Of a stretch of 64,000 bases of DNA, positions 31,245-43,312 are shown piece by piece (within the stretch, counting starts at the first letter, position 1; every line of letters starts with the position of its first letter). Under the pieces are notes generated by a model, which was not told where the DNA came from, ran no database searches, and was given only the letters and a program-made list of their open reading frames with translations. This DNA is from an uncultured Acidobacteriota bacterium. GTDB lineage: Bacteria > Acidobacteriota > Thermoanaerobaculia > Gp7-AA8. Where the stretch lies: NCBI GenBank assembly GCA_963741955.1, contig CAVUKB010000007.1:224001-288000 (forward strand), read 5' to 3'. The translations under genes were made by a program, and so were the position numbers.

Positions 31245-31610
31245 ATGCTCAGTCGTCACTCGCAACGAGGTGAAGGCAAACTCGGTTGCATCATCGGGCT
31301 GATTCTGCTCGTCGGTGCGGTCTACGTCGCCTACAAGCTGGTCCCGGTCAAACTCAAGGCGGCGGATATGCGCCAGACCATCACCGATGAAGCGCGATCC
31401 GCAGGCTCGAGCCAGGACAAAGCGATCCGGAAACGGATTCTGGAGCGAGCGAACGAGCTCGGGCTGCCACTCGCCAGTGAAGATCTGAAGATCACCCGGG
31501 GCAACCAGCAGATCACCATCGAAGCGGATTACACCGTTCCGGTCGCGTTTCCCGGCGGCTACGTCTACCAGTGGCATTTCCATCACGAAGCAGACAATCC
31601 GATCTTCTGA
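31245..31610 (+). CDS. DUF4845-like membrane protein with a pilin-like N-terminus
   Basis: SQRG followed by a hydrophobic stretch; position after lepB is typical for this family. Confidence 0.65.
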   Translation: MLSRHSQRGEGKLGCIIGLILLVGAVYVAYKLVPVKLKAADMRQTITDEARSAGSSQDKAIRKRILERANELGLPLASEDLKITRGNQQITIEADYTVPVAFPGGYVYQWHFHHEADNPIF

Positions 31611-31612
31611 CG

Positions 31613-32020
31613 ATGAACCGGGCCCGCCTCACGATCTCGGACGTGCACAAGCGTACTGGGATCCCGGTCACCACGCTTCGTTTCTACGAAAAGGAACTGC
31701 CGGATTTCTTCACCGTGGAGAAGACCTCCGGGGGGCACCGTCGCTACACCGACGAGAGCGTTCATCAGTTCCTGATGATCAAGAAGATGGTCGAGTCGGA
31801 CGGGATCCGGCTCAGCCAGATCCGAGAGAAATTCAATTCGCACAAGGACGGCGAGTTGCGCGGTCAGGTGGACGTGCTTCTGGCCGTGTACGAGACGTTG
31901 ACCGGAGAGATCGAACGTCTTCGGGTGCGGATCGAGTCGCTGGAAATGGCGATGGCGGCGTTGAAGAAGACCGTTCACGAAGCGACATCGCCGGATTCGA
32001 AGAAGCGTCGCTGGTTCTGA
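31613..32020 (+). CDS. MerR-family HTH protein with coiled coil
   Basis: TISDV..TLRFYEKE..GGHRRY. Confidence 0.85.
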   Translation: MNRARLTISDVHKRTGIPVTTLRFYEKELPDFFTVEKTSGGHRRYTDESVHQFLMIKKMVESDGIRLSQIREKFNSHKDGELRGQVDVLLAVYETLTGEIERLRVRIESLEMAMAALKKTVHEATSPDSKKRRWF

Positions 32021-32036
32021 CCGCTCATTCTTCAGC

Positions 32037-32065
32037 TTGACACTTCCATCCTCTCCGGCCAGACT
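32037..32065 (+). promoter_or_regulatory. sigma70 promoter for the thiC leader
   Basis: TTGACA-N17-CAGACT immediately before the TPP aptamer. Confidence 0.55.
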
Positions 32066-32076
32066 GCGGAACGGGA

Positions 32077-33619
<1,543 letters not shown>

Positions 33620-33656
33620 GCGCCGCGTGACCGGCTTTCTTCTCTCCAGACGATCG

Positions 33657-33690
33657 AACGCCGGCGGCGCGAGCCGCCGGCGTTTCCTTT
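33657..33690 (+). terminator. Intrinsic terminator after thiC
   Basis: AACGCCGGCGGC-gcga-GCCGCCGGCGTTT followed by CCTTT. Confidence 0.75.
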
Positions 33691-33693
33691 CGA

Positions 33694-33723
33694 TGCAAAC
33701 GAATCGTCGTCCGGCGGCGTCTA
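33694..33723 (+). promoter_or_regulatory. Putative ECF sigma promoter
   Basis: TGCAAAC-N17-CGTCTA upstream of the Spy/CpxP-like gene. Confidence 0.55.
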
Positions 33724-33746
33724 TTCGGGAAAGCGAAAGGAGATGC

Positions 33747-34211
33747 ATGATGAAACGTCGTTTCCCGATTCTCGTCGCAGTCGTCTCGATTTTCTCCGTG
33801 ACCGCGCTCGCGCAGGTGGGGCCGGGGGCGCACACTCCTGCGCATGTGCAGGCCGCCGCGAACGCGCCACTCGCCCCTGAAGCGATCGTCCAGTTTCTCG
33901 ACCTGACCGCGGCCCAGCAGGCGCAGTGGGACGCGCTTCACGAGACCTTCCGAAGCGACCTCCAGCCGCTGCAGGAGCAGCGAAGGACGGTGGCGACTCA
34001 GCTGCGGGAGCTCCTGTCGCAGAGCGGTCCGGATCCGGCGGCGGTCGGAGATTTGGTGATTCAGGAGCACTCGATCGGAGAGAAGATCCGCGCTCTTCGT
34101 GAAACGCTCGACGGGAGTCTCGCTGCGCTTCTGACGCCGGAACAGAAGACGCGCTACGAAGCTCTGAAGGCCGCGATACGGCTCCTGGAGCGTCGGCCGC
34201 CGAAACGCTGA
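33747..34211 (+). CDS. Spy/CpxP-like periplasmic protein
   Basis: Signal peptide; LDLTAAQ and LLTPEQ (LTxxQ) motifs. Confidence 0.82.
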   Translation: MMKRRFPILVAVVSIFSVTALAQVGPGAHTPAHVQAAANAPLAPEAIVQFLDLTAAQQAQWDALHETFRSDLQPLQEQRRTVATQLRELLSQSGPDPAAVGDLVIQEHSIGEKIRALRETLDGSLAALLTPEQKTRYEALKAAIRLLERRPPKR

Positions 34212-34230
34212 ATCACGTGATCTCGACGCG

Positions 34231-34258
34231 ACGCCGCCGGATCTCTCCGGCGGCGTTC
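34231..34258 (+). terminator. Hairpin terminator
   Basis: CGCCGCCGGA-tctc-TCCGGCGGCG followed by TTCTC. Confidence 0.6.
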
Positions 34259-34320
34259 TCGTGATGACTCAAGTCTCGAGACTCGAGGGGGAGGACGACC
34301 CCACCCCGATATCAGCACGA

Positions 34321-34419
34321 TTCAACCGCCCCTACGGGGCTGTCGAAGGAGCCTGGCCTGTCGGCCTGCAATCCCAGGACTGCGTCCTGGGCTATTGTCG
34401 AACGGCCCCTACGGGGCTG
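34321..34419. repeat. REP-like triple-hairpin unit
   Basis: GCCCCTACGGGGC twice, flanking CCCAGGACTGCGTCCTGGG. Confidence 0.7.
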
Positions 34420-34432
34420 TCCCTAATCCGGG

Positions 34433-34599
34433 CTAGGAGTCTGCGCGGTAGAAACTGTCCTACTGCGAAAGCGGATCAACGGTCCAAATCCGCCCGGATT
34501 TTCGGCGAGTAGCCACCGCTACGCACCTCGAATCCGAACGAATTTGGCCTCGTTGCTCCGCTTTCTCGCTACGGACGTTTCTATCGCGCAGACTCCTAG
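34433..34599 (+). mobile_element. 167-bp MITE-like element, family B, copy 1
   Basis: TIR CTAGGAGTCTGCGCGGTAGAAAC/GTTTCTATCGCGCAGACTCCTAG. An inverted homologue lies at 60473-60639. Confidence 0.8.
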
Positions 34600-34615
34600 G
34601 CGGGGCTAGGCGGGG

Positions 34616-35722
<1,107 letters not shown>

Positions 35723-35859
35723 GGGTTCTCCGGGTTCCTGCCGCCGGCGGACGCGTCGAAGGCGTCGCGCGGACGAAGTCCGAGATTGTAACGGACCAGG
35801 CGCCATCTGGCGAATGCCGGACGCGTGCCGGGGACGGGACCGCGGTGCGGAACCCCTCC

Positions 35860-36873
35860 TCAGGAGACGGCCGAGCGGGTCGGCTGGAGGTGCTGGGCCT
35901 CCCACGCATCGACTTCGCCGGAGAAGTAGACGATGTGGCTGCGCTTGTACTCCTTGGTCGGGAAGAGTACCTGCATCGAAGCGATGCCGATCTCCTCGGA
36001 GATCTCGTTGAGGACCGACTCGCATTCGTCGACGCTGCGTCCGTGGACCGTGGTGAAGATGTTGTAGGGCCAGTCTTCGTAGACCGGACGGAGATAGCAT
36101 TGGGAGACCGACGGACGGTCGGCCATTTTCGGGACGAGATCGTCGATACGATCTTCGGGTATTCTCCAGACGCCCATGGCGGTCGCGGAGAACGGTTTTC
36201 TGAGCTGTACGGAGGCCGCGAAACGCCGGATCTGCTGAGTTTCGAGGAGGCGGCGGGCGAACTCGAGGATCTCATCGGACGAAAAAGCGCCCTGCCGTGC
36301 CCATGCTTCGAACGGCCGGGGCTGAAGAGGCAGATCAGTCTGAAGCAGCCGGACCAGTTCGAGGTCGCGCGCACTCAACGAAGCCGGCTCGGCGGATGCC
36401 GACTCGAACGAATCGGAGGAATCCGCCCCGGGATTCTTGAAGGTTCGGATGGTTGGAAGGAGGCGGACCACATCGCATCCGGATTCATCGCCGAGGATCT
36501 CGATGGTCTTCTCGAGGCCGATTCTCGAATTCGGCGGCACGGCGATGGTGAACCACATGTTGAACTCGTGGTTGCGCCGGTAGTTCTGGTAAACGCCCGG
36601 ATGGAGATTCACCAGAGACGCGGCTCTCTCGAGTGCATCGGGCTCCACTCGGGCTGCGACGAGGCAGGACCGATATCCGAGTCCTCTCCCGTCGAAAACG
36701 GCGGAAATCTGGCCAATCGTCCCGTCCCGCTTGAGCCTCTCGCAGCGCTTGATCACTTCCTTCTCGGACATGTCGATGTCCTGTCCGATCAGGGCGTACG
36801 GAGTGGAAACGAGGGGAAGTCCCGATTGCAGAGTGCTGAGCAGCTCCCGGTCCCGCTGATCGAGTTCCTGCAT
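35860..36873 (-). CDS. Fused Lrp/AsnC-like siroheme decarboxylase (AhbA-AhbB / NirDL-type)
   Basis: Two tandem HTH modules; NYRRNHEFNMWFT and CYLRP..WPYNIFTTVHG motifs. Confidence 0.85.
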   Translation of the reverse strand: MQELDQRDRELLSTLQSGLPLVSTPYALIGQDIDMSEKEVIKRCERLKRDGTIGQISAVFDGRGLGYRSCLVAARVEPDALERAASLVNLHPGVYQNYRRNHEFNMWFTIAVPPNSRIGLEKTIEILGDESGCDVVRLLPTIRTFKNPGADSSDSFESASAEPASLSARDLELVRLLQTDLPLQPRPFEAWARQGAFSSDEILEFARRLLETQQIRRFAASVQLRKPFSATAMGVWRIPEDRIDDLVPKMADRPSVSQCYLRPVYEDWPYNIFTTVHGRSVDECESVLNEISEEIGIASMQVLFPTKEYKRSHIVYFSGEVDAWEAQHLQPTRSAVS

Positions 36874-37000
36874 TACTGATCCTCGTCGAGTTTGCGGATG
36901 AGTGTTGTGATGTTTCGGGATTGTATCGTGTTCGCTGGATGCCGTTCAAAATTTCTGCCCGGTCGAGACTGGCGCATCCTGCCGGCCATCATTCGGCGCT

Positions 37001-37378
37001 CTACCGACGGTCGATGCGAGGGAGCGGAGCGGGCCGATCCGGTGACACGGCGGCCGGGTCGGGATCGAATCGATCACGGAGCGCTGCGGCGGATTCGCGG
37101 AGGGCCTGGAGATCGATCCCTTCCTCCAGTGACGGAAAGAGATCGAGGCGGGCGAGTGACGCGTCGAGCAGCCGCTGCGCTCCGCGAAGGTTCCCCCGCA
37201 GGACGTGGTGACACGCTGCGGCAAGCTGGATGAGACCCTGAAGGAACTCGCGTCGAGGACCTTCCGCGACGAGCCAGAGGCGCTCCCACGCTTCGTGCGC
37301 GTGCCAGTAGCGGCCGCTGTTGAAGAGTTCGATGCCGAGCAGAAAATCGGGGTCGTCCCGGATGCCCGATCTGTTCAC
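37001..37378 (-). CDS. DUF309 family protein
   Basis: LFNSGRYWHAHEAWERLW and LQGLIQ motifs. Confidence 0.85.
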   Translation of the reverse strand: MNRSGIRDDPDFLLGIELFNSGRYWHAHEAWERLWLVAEGPRREFLQGLIQLAAACHHVLRGNLRGAQRLLDASLARLDLFPSLEEGIDLQALRESAAALRDRFDPDPAAVSPDRPAPLPRIDRR

Positions 37379-38388
37379 GCCGTGACGCGCTGAAGTTCAC
37401 CGCAGATGGCATCGGTGAACTCGGTCGTGGTCGCTTTTCCGCCGAGGTCGGCGGTCCGCACTTCTGCGCGTCCGAGAACCGTCTCCAGAGCCTGAAAGAC
37501 GCGATCCGCCGCGTCGCCTTCGCCGATGTAGCGCAGCATCAGAATGGCCGACTGAAGCAACGCGGTCGGATTCGCCTTGTTCTGTCCGGCGATATCCGGT
37601 GCGCTGCCGTGCACTGCTTCGAACACCGCTGCGTCGTCTCCGATGTTCGCACCGGCGACCACGCCGAGTCCGCCCACCAGTCCCGCTCCGAGATCCGACA
37701 CGATGTCTCCGTAGAGGTTCTCCAGCAGCAGCACGTCGAACTGCCACGGATTCATCACCAGCTGCATGCAGAGATTGTCCACGATCTTGTCGTCCGCCTT
37801 GATCTCCGGATACTCGAGTGCGATGTTCCGGAAGCAACGGAGGAAGAGTCCGTCGGACATCTTCATGATGTTCGCCTTGTGAACGGCGGTGACTTTCTTC
37901 CGTCCGTTCGCGCGGGCGTATTCGAATGCGAACCGTGCAATGCGGGTCGAGGCGCGCTCGGTGATGATCTTCAGCGATTCGACCACTCCGGGAACGACTT
38001 CGTGTTCCAGCCCGGCGTAGAGTGATTCCGTATTCTCCCGCACGATCACCAGGTCGATCTCGTCGAAGCGGCTCTTCACTCCGGGAAGCGATTTGACCGG
38101 GCGGAGATTCGCATTCAGGTCGAGCGCCTTCCGAAGGCGGACGTTCACGGAACTGAAGCCGGTGCCGATCGGCGTCGTCACCGGTCCCTTCAGAGCGACA
38201 CGGTTGGTGCGGATCGACTCGAGGACTTCCTTGGGAAGGGGATCTCCGAAGGTGGCGATCGCGTCGGCACCGATGATGAACTCGTCCCACTCGACTTCCA
38301 CGCCGGCCGCTTCGATGATCCGAATCACGGAGCCGGTCACCTCCGGACCGATTCCGTCGCCGGGGAGGAGCGTGATCTTGTGTTTCAA
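37375..38388 (-). CDS. icd: NAD-dependent isocitrate dehydrogenase (isocitrate/isopropylmalate dehydrogenase family)
   Basis: PGDGIGPEV, LKGPVTTP, RENTE, VHKANIMK, NLYGDIVSD and HGSAPDIAG motifs. TTG start. Confidence 0.85.
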   Translation of the reverse strand: MKHKITLLPGDGIGPEVTGSVIRIIEAAGVEVEWDEFIIGADAIATFGDPLPKEVLESIRTNRVALKGPVTTPIGTGFSSVNVRLRKALDLNANLRPVKSLPGVKSRFDEIDLVIVRENTESLYAGLEHEVVPGVVESLKIITERASTRIARFAFEYARANGRKKVTAVHKANIMKMSDGLFLRCFRNIALEYPEIKADDKIVDNLCMQLVMNPWQFDVLLLENLYGDIVSDLGAGLVGGLGVVAGANIGDDAAVFEAVHGSAPDIAGQNKANPTALLQSAILMLRYIGEGDAADRVFQALETVLGRAEVRTADLGGKATTTEFTDAICGELQRVTA

Positions 38389-38445
38389 GGAGAACTCCCT
38401 TCTGTTCGTCGCCTCTGCCGTTGCGGCACCTGCGCGGCTTCCCCG

Positions 38446-39429
38446 TTACGGGAGTGCGTGCCGTTCCGCGCTAATCTGAAAGTCCATCGGAAAAATTTCC
38501 AGAACGTCTTCATAACGGCCGAGCTCTCCGACGCAGAGGCGGATGCTCTCGAGGGTCGGAGGGATGTAGGCGAGATAGTGTCGCCGGCCGGATTCGAGCG
38601 CCTGCCGGGCGAAGGTGCCGAGAATCTTGATGGAACGCTGCAGCAGCGATTCGTAATAGCGTTTCTCCATCGATGGGCCGCCTCCGGCCGCGGCCACGTA
38701 GCGATGGAGAAGCTCCAGCTCCGTCTCGCGACCCAGGATGTCCGCGACTCCGCGGTCACGAAGGAGCGAAGCGAGGTCGTACGTATCGGGACCCATTCTC
38801 AAGTCCTGATAATCGATCACATATACATCACCGTCGAAGACATGCAAATTATGTCCATGATAATCACGATGACAAAGTATGTATGGATGATCGAGGAGAT
38901 TTGCGATCAGAGTCTCGAAGATCTCGCGCACTCTCCGGTCGCCCTCCGGGGTCGCCGCGTCCATCAGGTGTCCGATGTAGTACTCCCGGGCCATCTCCAG
39001 CTCCTGGAGAAACTTCGTCCGGTCGAACGGCGGGTTGACGATGCCGGCTTCGGGACCGGCGCCGCGGAGCGGGACCAGAAGGTCGACCGCTTCGCGGTAG
39101 AAGGGGAGCGCACGATTGCGGTCGGTCCTCAGAAGCTCACCGAGAGAGTCGTCGCCGACGTCCTTCTGGATTACGGCGAACTCGCCCCGTTGGATCAGGG
39201 GAGGAACGCGGGTGTGGCCGGAGATCGCGTCATAGGCGGCGAGAAACCGCTTCAGATCCGGCCGTATCACCGGCGGGTAATAGGCAGCCACCACATGATC
39301 CCCGTCTGCTTCCCGCACCCGGTAGTACGCGCGGATCGAGGCATCGCCGGTGAGCCGCTCGGCCTCCCACCCCTCGCCGAGGGCATCGGTGAGGAAAAGG
39401 GAGAGCTCGTCAGGGACTCGGCTGTTCAT
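38446..39429 (-). CDS. APH-family phosphotransferase, AmgK-like (MurNAc/GlcNAc kinase)
   Basis: GDASIRAYYR, CHRDYHGHN, IDYQD, YDLASLLRD and QRSIKILGTFAR motifs. Confidence 0.8.
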   Translation of the reverse strand: MNSRVPDELSLFLTDALGEGWEAERLTGDASIRAYYRVREADGDHVVAAYYPPVIRPDLKRFLAAYDAISGHTRVPPLIQRGEFAVIQKDVGDDSLGELLRTDRNRALPFYREAVDLLVPLRGAGPEAGIVNPPFDRTKFLQELEMAREYYIGHLMDAATPEGDRRVREIFETLIANLLDHPYILCHRDYHGHNLHVFDGDVYVIDYQDLRMGPDTYDLASLLRDRGVADILGRETELELLHRYVAAAGGGPSMEKRYYESLLQRSIKILGTFARQALESGRRHYLAYIPPTLESIRLCVGELGRYEDVLEIFPMDFQISAERHALP

Positions 39430-39574
39430 CCATCACCTGCTTGTGCGAATTACGAACCAGGGGCGACGGCGCCGGCCGTCCGGAGACGATTCGAAGGGAG
39501 GCCGAAGCCCATACGCACCAACGCTTACCTTTCTCGTGAGTGCACAGCCCTGCGAATCGGGTCGGCAACGACGA

Positions 39575-39661
39575 TTGCAGAATGCAAAATGCAGAATTGA
39601 GAGCTGAGAAGCGACCCCAGCCCTTCTTCATTCTGAATTCTGAACTCTGCATTCTGTATTC
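39575..39661. repeat. Inverted heptamer tracts (AATGCAG-like / TTCTGMA-like)
   Basis: GCAGAAT GCAAAAT GCAGAAT ... ATTCTGA ATTCTGA ACTCTGC ATTCTGT. Confidence 0.7.
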
Positions 39662-39797
39662 GTCGGGCGAGGGCTTCATTTCGCTCCTCAAACTTTGTGC
39701 GCATGAGGCCGACGCCCCCTCCTGGCCCGGACTACTCACGGGACTTCTGCTGCGAGCGCGATCCGCGCCTGTCGGGGGCGTCAGACTCCTGGTGAGC

Positions 39798-40535
39798 TTA
39801 CTTCGGAAGCGGTCCTTTCTCGGACTCGGTCGCCGGACGGACGGTGACGCTGGTGATGGTCACCGGCTCGAGCGCCATTTCGTTGCGCGCCGGTCCGCTG
39901 ACGATCTTGTCGGCCACGTCCATTCCGCTGGTCACCTCTCCGAATGCGGTGTACTTGTGGTCGAGGAAGCGCGCGTCTGCAACACAGATGAAGAACTGCG
40001 ACGACGCGCTGTCGGGATTGCTGGAGCGCGCCATGGAGACGATTCCGCGGCGATGGGGAATGTCGTTGAACTCGGCTTTGACGTTCTTTCCCGAGCCTCC
40101 GGTACCCCACGCGCTCCGATCGTTGGATACGGTATTCGGATCACCGCCCTGGATCATGAAGCCCGGTACGATGCGGTGGAACTTGGTCGCGTTGTAGAAG
40201 CCTCTCTCGGAGAGGTCGATGAAGTTCCGGACGTGGTTCGGGGCAACCTGGGGGAAGAAGCGGATGGTGATGTCTCCGTCGGTGGTGTGGAGCACGGCCA
40301 CCTTGTCTTCGTAATAAGAGAGTGGTTTTTCCACTGGCTTGTTCTCCTTCTTCTCCGCCGTCGCGGGTGTTGCGACGTCGGTGGGGTTCGATGCGGTCGC
40401 TTCGCTGGCGGTCGGTTCGGTCAACGTAGCCGTGCCGGATGAATTTTCATCGGCGGCAGCCTCCTGGTTCGCGGGAGCTCCGCACGCGAGGACGGCAACC
40501 AGGGCGGTCATCGCGAACATGGTTCTGACGATCAT
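39798..40535 (-). CDS. Cyclophilin-type peptidyl-prolyl isomerase, lipoprotein
   Basis: FHRIVPGFMIQGGDP, SMAR and SQFFI motifs; VLAC lipobox. Confidence 0.93.
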   Translation of the reverse strand: MIVRTMFAMTALVAVLACGAPANQEAAADENSSGTATLTEPTASEATASNPTDVATPATAEKKENKPVEKPLSYYEDKVAVLHTTDGDITIRFFPQVAPNHVRNFIDLSERGFYNATKFHRIVPGFMIQGGDPNTVSNDRSAWGTGGSGKNVKAEFNDIPHRRGIVSMARSSNPDSASSQFFICVADARFLDHKYTAFGEVTSGMDVADKIVSGPARNEMALEPVTITSVTVRPATESEKGPLPK

Positions 40536-40687
40536 TGATCTCCTCCATTCTGCATTGTACGTGAGAGCCTGCGGTCGACGGGCGGCGGGAGCTCCGGAAT
40601 GAAGCGGAACCGGCCGGGACGGTGGCGAGTGAGATATCTCGCAGTCCGGCGTCCGCGTCAAGTGCCTTGTTCGGGATTATCGGGATC

Positions 40688-42295
40688 TCAGTGGACGCGG
40701 ATCTGGATATTTCCTTCAACGGTGTGGAGCTCGAGCTTCTGCCCTCCGCCATTGAGCTTGCCGGTCGCGCGGATCCGGGTCTTCCCGCCTTCGAGCTGCT
40801 CGCGAAGGATGGCCAGACCGGGGATGTCCGATTGGATCCGGTTGACCCCTTCTGCCGAGCTGATGATCTCAGCCTCGACATCCGCCGAAAAGTTGCGGGG
40901 GACGGTGAGAACGATGTTCCCTCCGGTGACGGTGGCGTCGATCTCCTGCATCGGGTCCGCCGGATCGACGGCGATCAGGATGTCGCCGGATCGCGTTTCG
41001 GCCTTGATCCGGCTCGAAGCCCGCTGAACTGTGATGTCGCCGCCGCCCGAGCTGAGCACCATCGAGCCGCCCGCGAAGCCGATATTGATGTTGCCACCGC
41101 GGGTTGAGGCGGTGCCGCCCTTTTCTGCCGAACGGATCAGCACGTCGCCTGCGAAGGTGCTGGCATGGAGAAGTCCTTTGATGTTCCCGAGGTTGATCGG
41201 TCCTCCGAGCGACAGAACGTCGCAGCGGCCGGTCACTCGGCCGAGGACGATCTCACCGGCGCGGGTGTTGATGCGCGCATCGCCGTGAACTTCGCCGATG
41301 AAGACGTTACCCACGGTCGTGGTGAGATCGAGATCGCCGTCGAAGCTGTCCCTCTGAGCGATGTACGATCGCGCCGTCGGCGGTTGAATCAGGAGGGTTC
41401 TCTCGACTTGCTGAAAAACCGGAAGGAGGTCCTGGCGGACCGGTGCCGGGGCCATCATTGCGATCGACTGCTGAGGAGGCTGAGGAGGGGTGATCTCCGA
41501 GGCCTGTTCGATCGGAGCACCGTTACGGAGAAGCCAGACCGAGCCCATCATCGCACTGGTGGTGAGGAGCGGGCCTCCGCTGCCGTTCACCCGCGTGCGG
41601 TAGATCTTCGAGCCGCTCGACGGATCGAACCGGCCGTTGGTTTTGAACGTGGTGAAAATCTCTCCGCGGAGGGTTTCTGCGCCCCAGTCGAATCGCGAGG
41701 CTTCGGGAAGCCGTACTTCGATCCGGCCATTTACGGTGCTCAGAGAGACTCTCGACTGAGGAGGATGCGCAAACGTCGCATAGATGTTCGCATTCCCACC
41801 TTCGACCGTCGCCGGTCCACGGACGTTGTCGAGATCGATCCTTCCATTGACGTTCCGGACGTAGAGCTCCCCGTTCAGATTCTGCACGAGAAGCCGGTCG
41901 CTGCGAAACGTCACCACCCGCACGGCCGCATTGCGGGGAACGCGGATGGTATAGCTGACCGAACTGCTCCAGCGGCCATCCGGGTCGGCGCTCGAACCGA
42001 GGGTCCGGATGGAGAGATTGTGCTCATCCCCTTCGTAGTGGATCGCCACGTGCGAGGCGGCCTCGCGCATCGTCGCCTGATCCGGAGCCGAATAGATCTT
42101 CACCGCCTGAACGGTGACCTGGGCGTCATCGGTCCCGGCGATGACGATGCGTCCCTGCCGGTTGTCGAGCATGAACACGCCGTCGCGATCGAACGGGAAG
42201 GTCTTGGAAAACGTCTCGGTGTAGCTCTTCGCCTCCGCAGCCGACGCGGCGAACAGCAGAGCAAAGGCGAGAGTTCCGAGAAAGAGGCGACGCAT
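40688..42295 (-). CDS. DUF4097 beta-strand repeat secreted protein (two repeat blocks)
   Basis: Signal peptide; repeated TxxGxI units (TVNGRI, TRAGEI, TRSGDI, TVEGNI). Confidence 0.82.
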   Translation of the reverse strand: MRRLFLGTLAFALLFAASAAEAKSYTETFSKTFPFDRDGVFMLDNRQGRIVIAGTDDAQVTVQAVKIYSAPDQATMREAASHVAIHYEGDEHNLSIRTLGSSADPDGRWSSSVSYTIRVPRNAAVRVVTFRSDRLLVQNLNGELYVRNVNGRIDLDNVRGPATVEGGNANIYATFAHPPQSRVSLSTVNGRIEVRLPEASRFDWGAETLRGEIFTTFKTNGRFDPSSGSKIYRTRVNGSGGPLLTTSAMMGSVWLLRNGAPIEQASEITPPQPPQQSIAMMAPAPVRQDLLPVFQQVERTLLIQPPTARSYIAQRDSFDGDLDLTTTVGNVFIGEVHGDARINTRAGEIVLGRVTGRCDVLSLGGPINLGNIKGLLHASTFAGDVLIRSAEKGGTASTRGGNINIGFAGGSMVLSSGGGDITVQRASSRIKAETRSGDILIAVDPADPMQEIDATVTGGNIVLTVPRNFSADVEAEIISSAEGVNRIQSDIPGLAILREQLEGGKTRIRATGKLNGGGQKLELHTVEGNIQIRVH

Positions 42296-42310
42296 ACGGT
42301 CTGGGTATCC

Positions 42311-43312
42311 TCAGAGATTGATCTGACTGAGAGCTTCCGCGGCCTTCACTCGGACGTAGAGGTTCTCGTCGTTCTGCGCCGCCTTCTGCCGGAGAGTATC
42401 GACGGCGGCGTTGTCGAGAGTTCCTCCCTCGCGGGCGAAGTTCGCCAGCGCTTCGACGGCTTTGATGCGGACGGCCGGGTTCGGGTCGTTCTTCAGTGCC
42501 TGGATCAGCGCGTCACGCGCGTCGGGAGCCAGGGGTGAAGGCATCGATTTGAGCGCCTCGACCGCCTTGAGCCGGACTCCCTCATGCGAGTCGCTGGTCA
42601 GGACGTTCGCCAGTGCGCTGACCAGCTCCGGATCGGTCCGGCCGCTCTGCTGAGAGGTCTCCCTCACCCACTGGATCGCGTTCGAGCGCGCGTGATAATC
42701 GCGGTTCTGCAGTACGTAAGAGAGGAGGTTCACCAGGCTCTTGTCGTCGGGGCGACCATTGACCGTGACGTGCGAAGTCACGTCGAAAGAGACGCTCACA
42801 TTCCCGGTGCTGTTGTTCTGGTCGAACTTGATGTTCTGGATGTCCGGTCGTCCCTGGATGTCCGGTCGGAGCTGGCTGGACGGAATCACGACGTTGTCCG
42901 CGAGGTCGAACTGATGCGAGGCGACGGCGGGTGCGAGGTGCGAAGGCGTCGCTTCCGGCGTCCGGATCTGATGTCCGGCGAAGAACGATCCGCCGACCAG
43001 GACGACTACCGCGGCGGCTTCCGCCATGCGGCGGAACACGCGCCGGCTTCGGAAGGGAACCACGACATGGTCCTCGCGCACCGTCGGGGCGATCCGCTCG
43101 ACCTCGGCGAGAAACCGCTCGCGAGCTCGGGGTGGCACCGGCACGTCGGGAACGTCGCCGAGCGAGTTCCAGGTCTGCCGGAGCAGCGTCCACTCGGCTC
43201 CGCAGGCGGAACAGCTCTCGATGTGCCTGTGGGTCTGTTCTCTCGAATCAGAATCGAGCGCCTCCACGAGGAGCTCGGCCATTCTTTCTCTCGTCAGATC
43301 ACATCCCTGCAT
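42311..43312 (-). CDS. Anti-sigma factor (zf-HC2) with TM segment and HEAT repeats
   Basis: HIESCSAC, a TM segment, and VRLKAVEAL / VRIKAVEAL / VRVKAAEAL repeats. Confidence 0.88.
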   Translation of the reverse strand: MQGCDLTRERMAELLVEALDSDSREQTHRHIESCSACGAEWTLLRQTWNSLGDVPDVPVPPRARERFLAEVERIAPTVREDHVVVPFRSRRVFRRMAEAAAVVVLVGGSFFAGHQIRTPEATPSHLAPAVASHQFDLADNVVIPSSQLRPDIQGRPDIQNIKFDQNNSTGNVSVSFDVTSHVTVNGRPDDKSLVNLLSYVLQNRDYHARSNAIQWVRETSQQSGRTDPELVSALANVLTSDSHEGVRLKAVEALKSMPSPLAPDARDALIQALKNDPNPAVRIKAVEALANFAREGGTLDNAAVDTLRQKAAQNDENLYVRVKAAEALSQINL

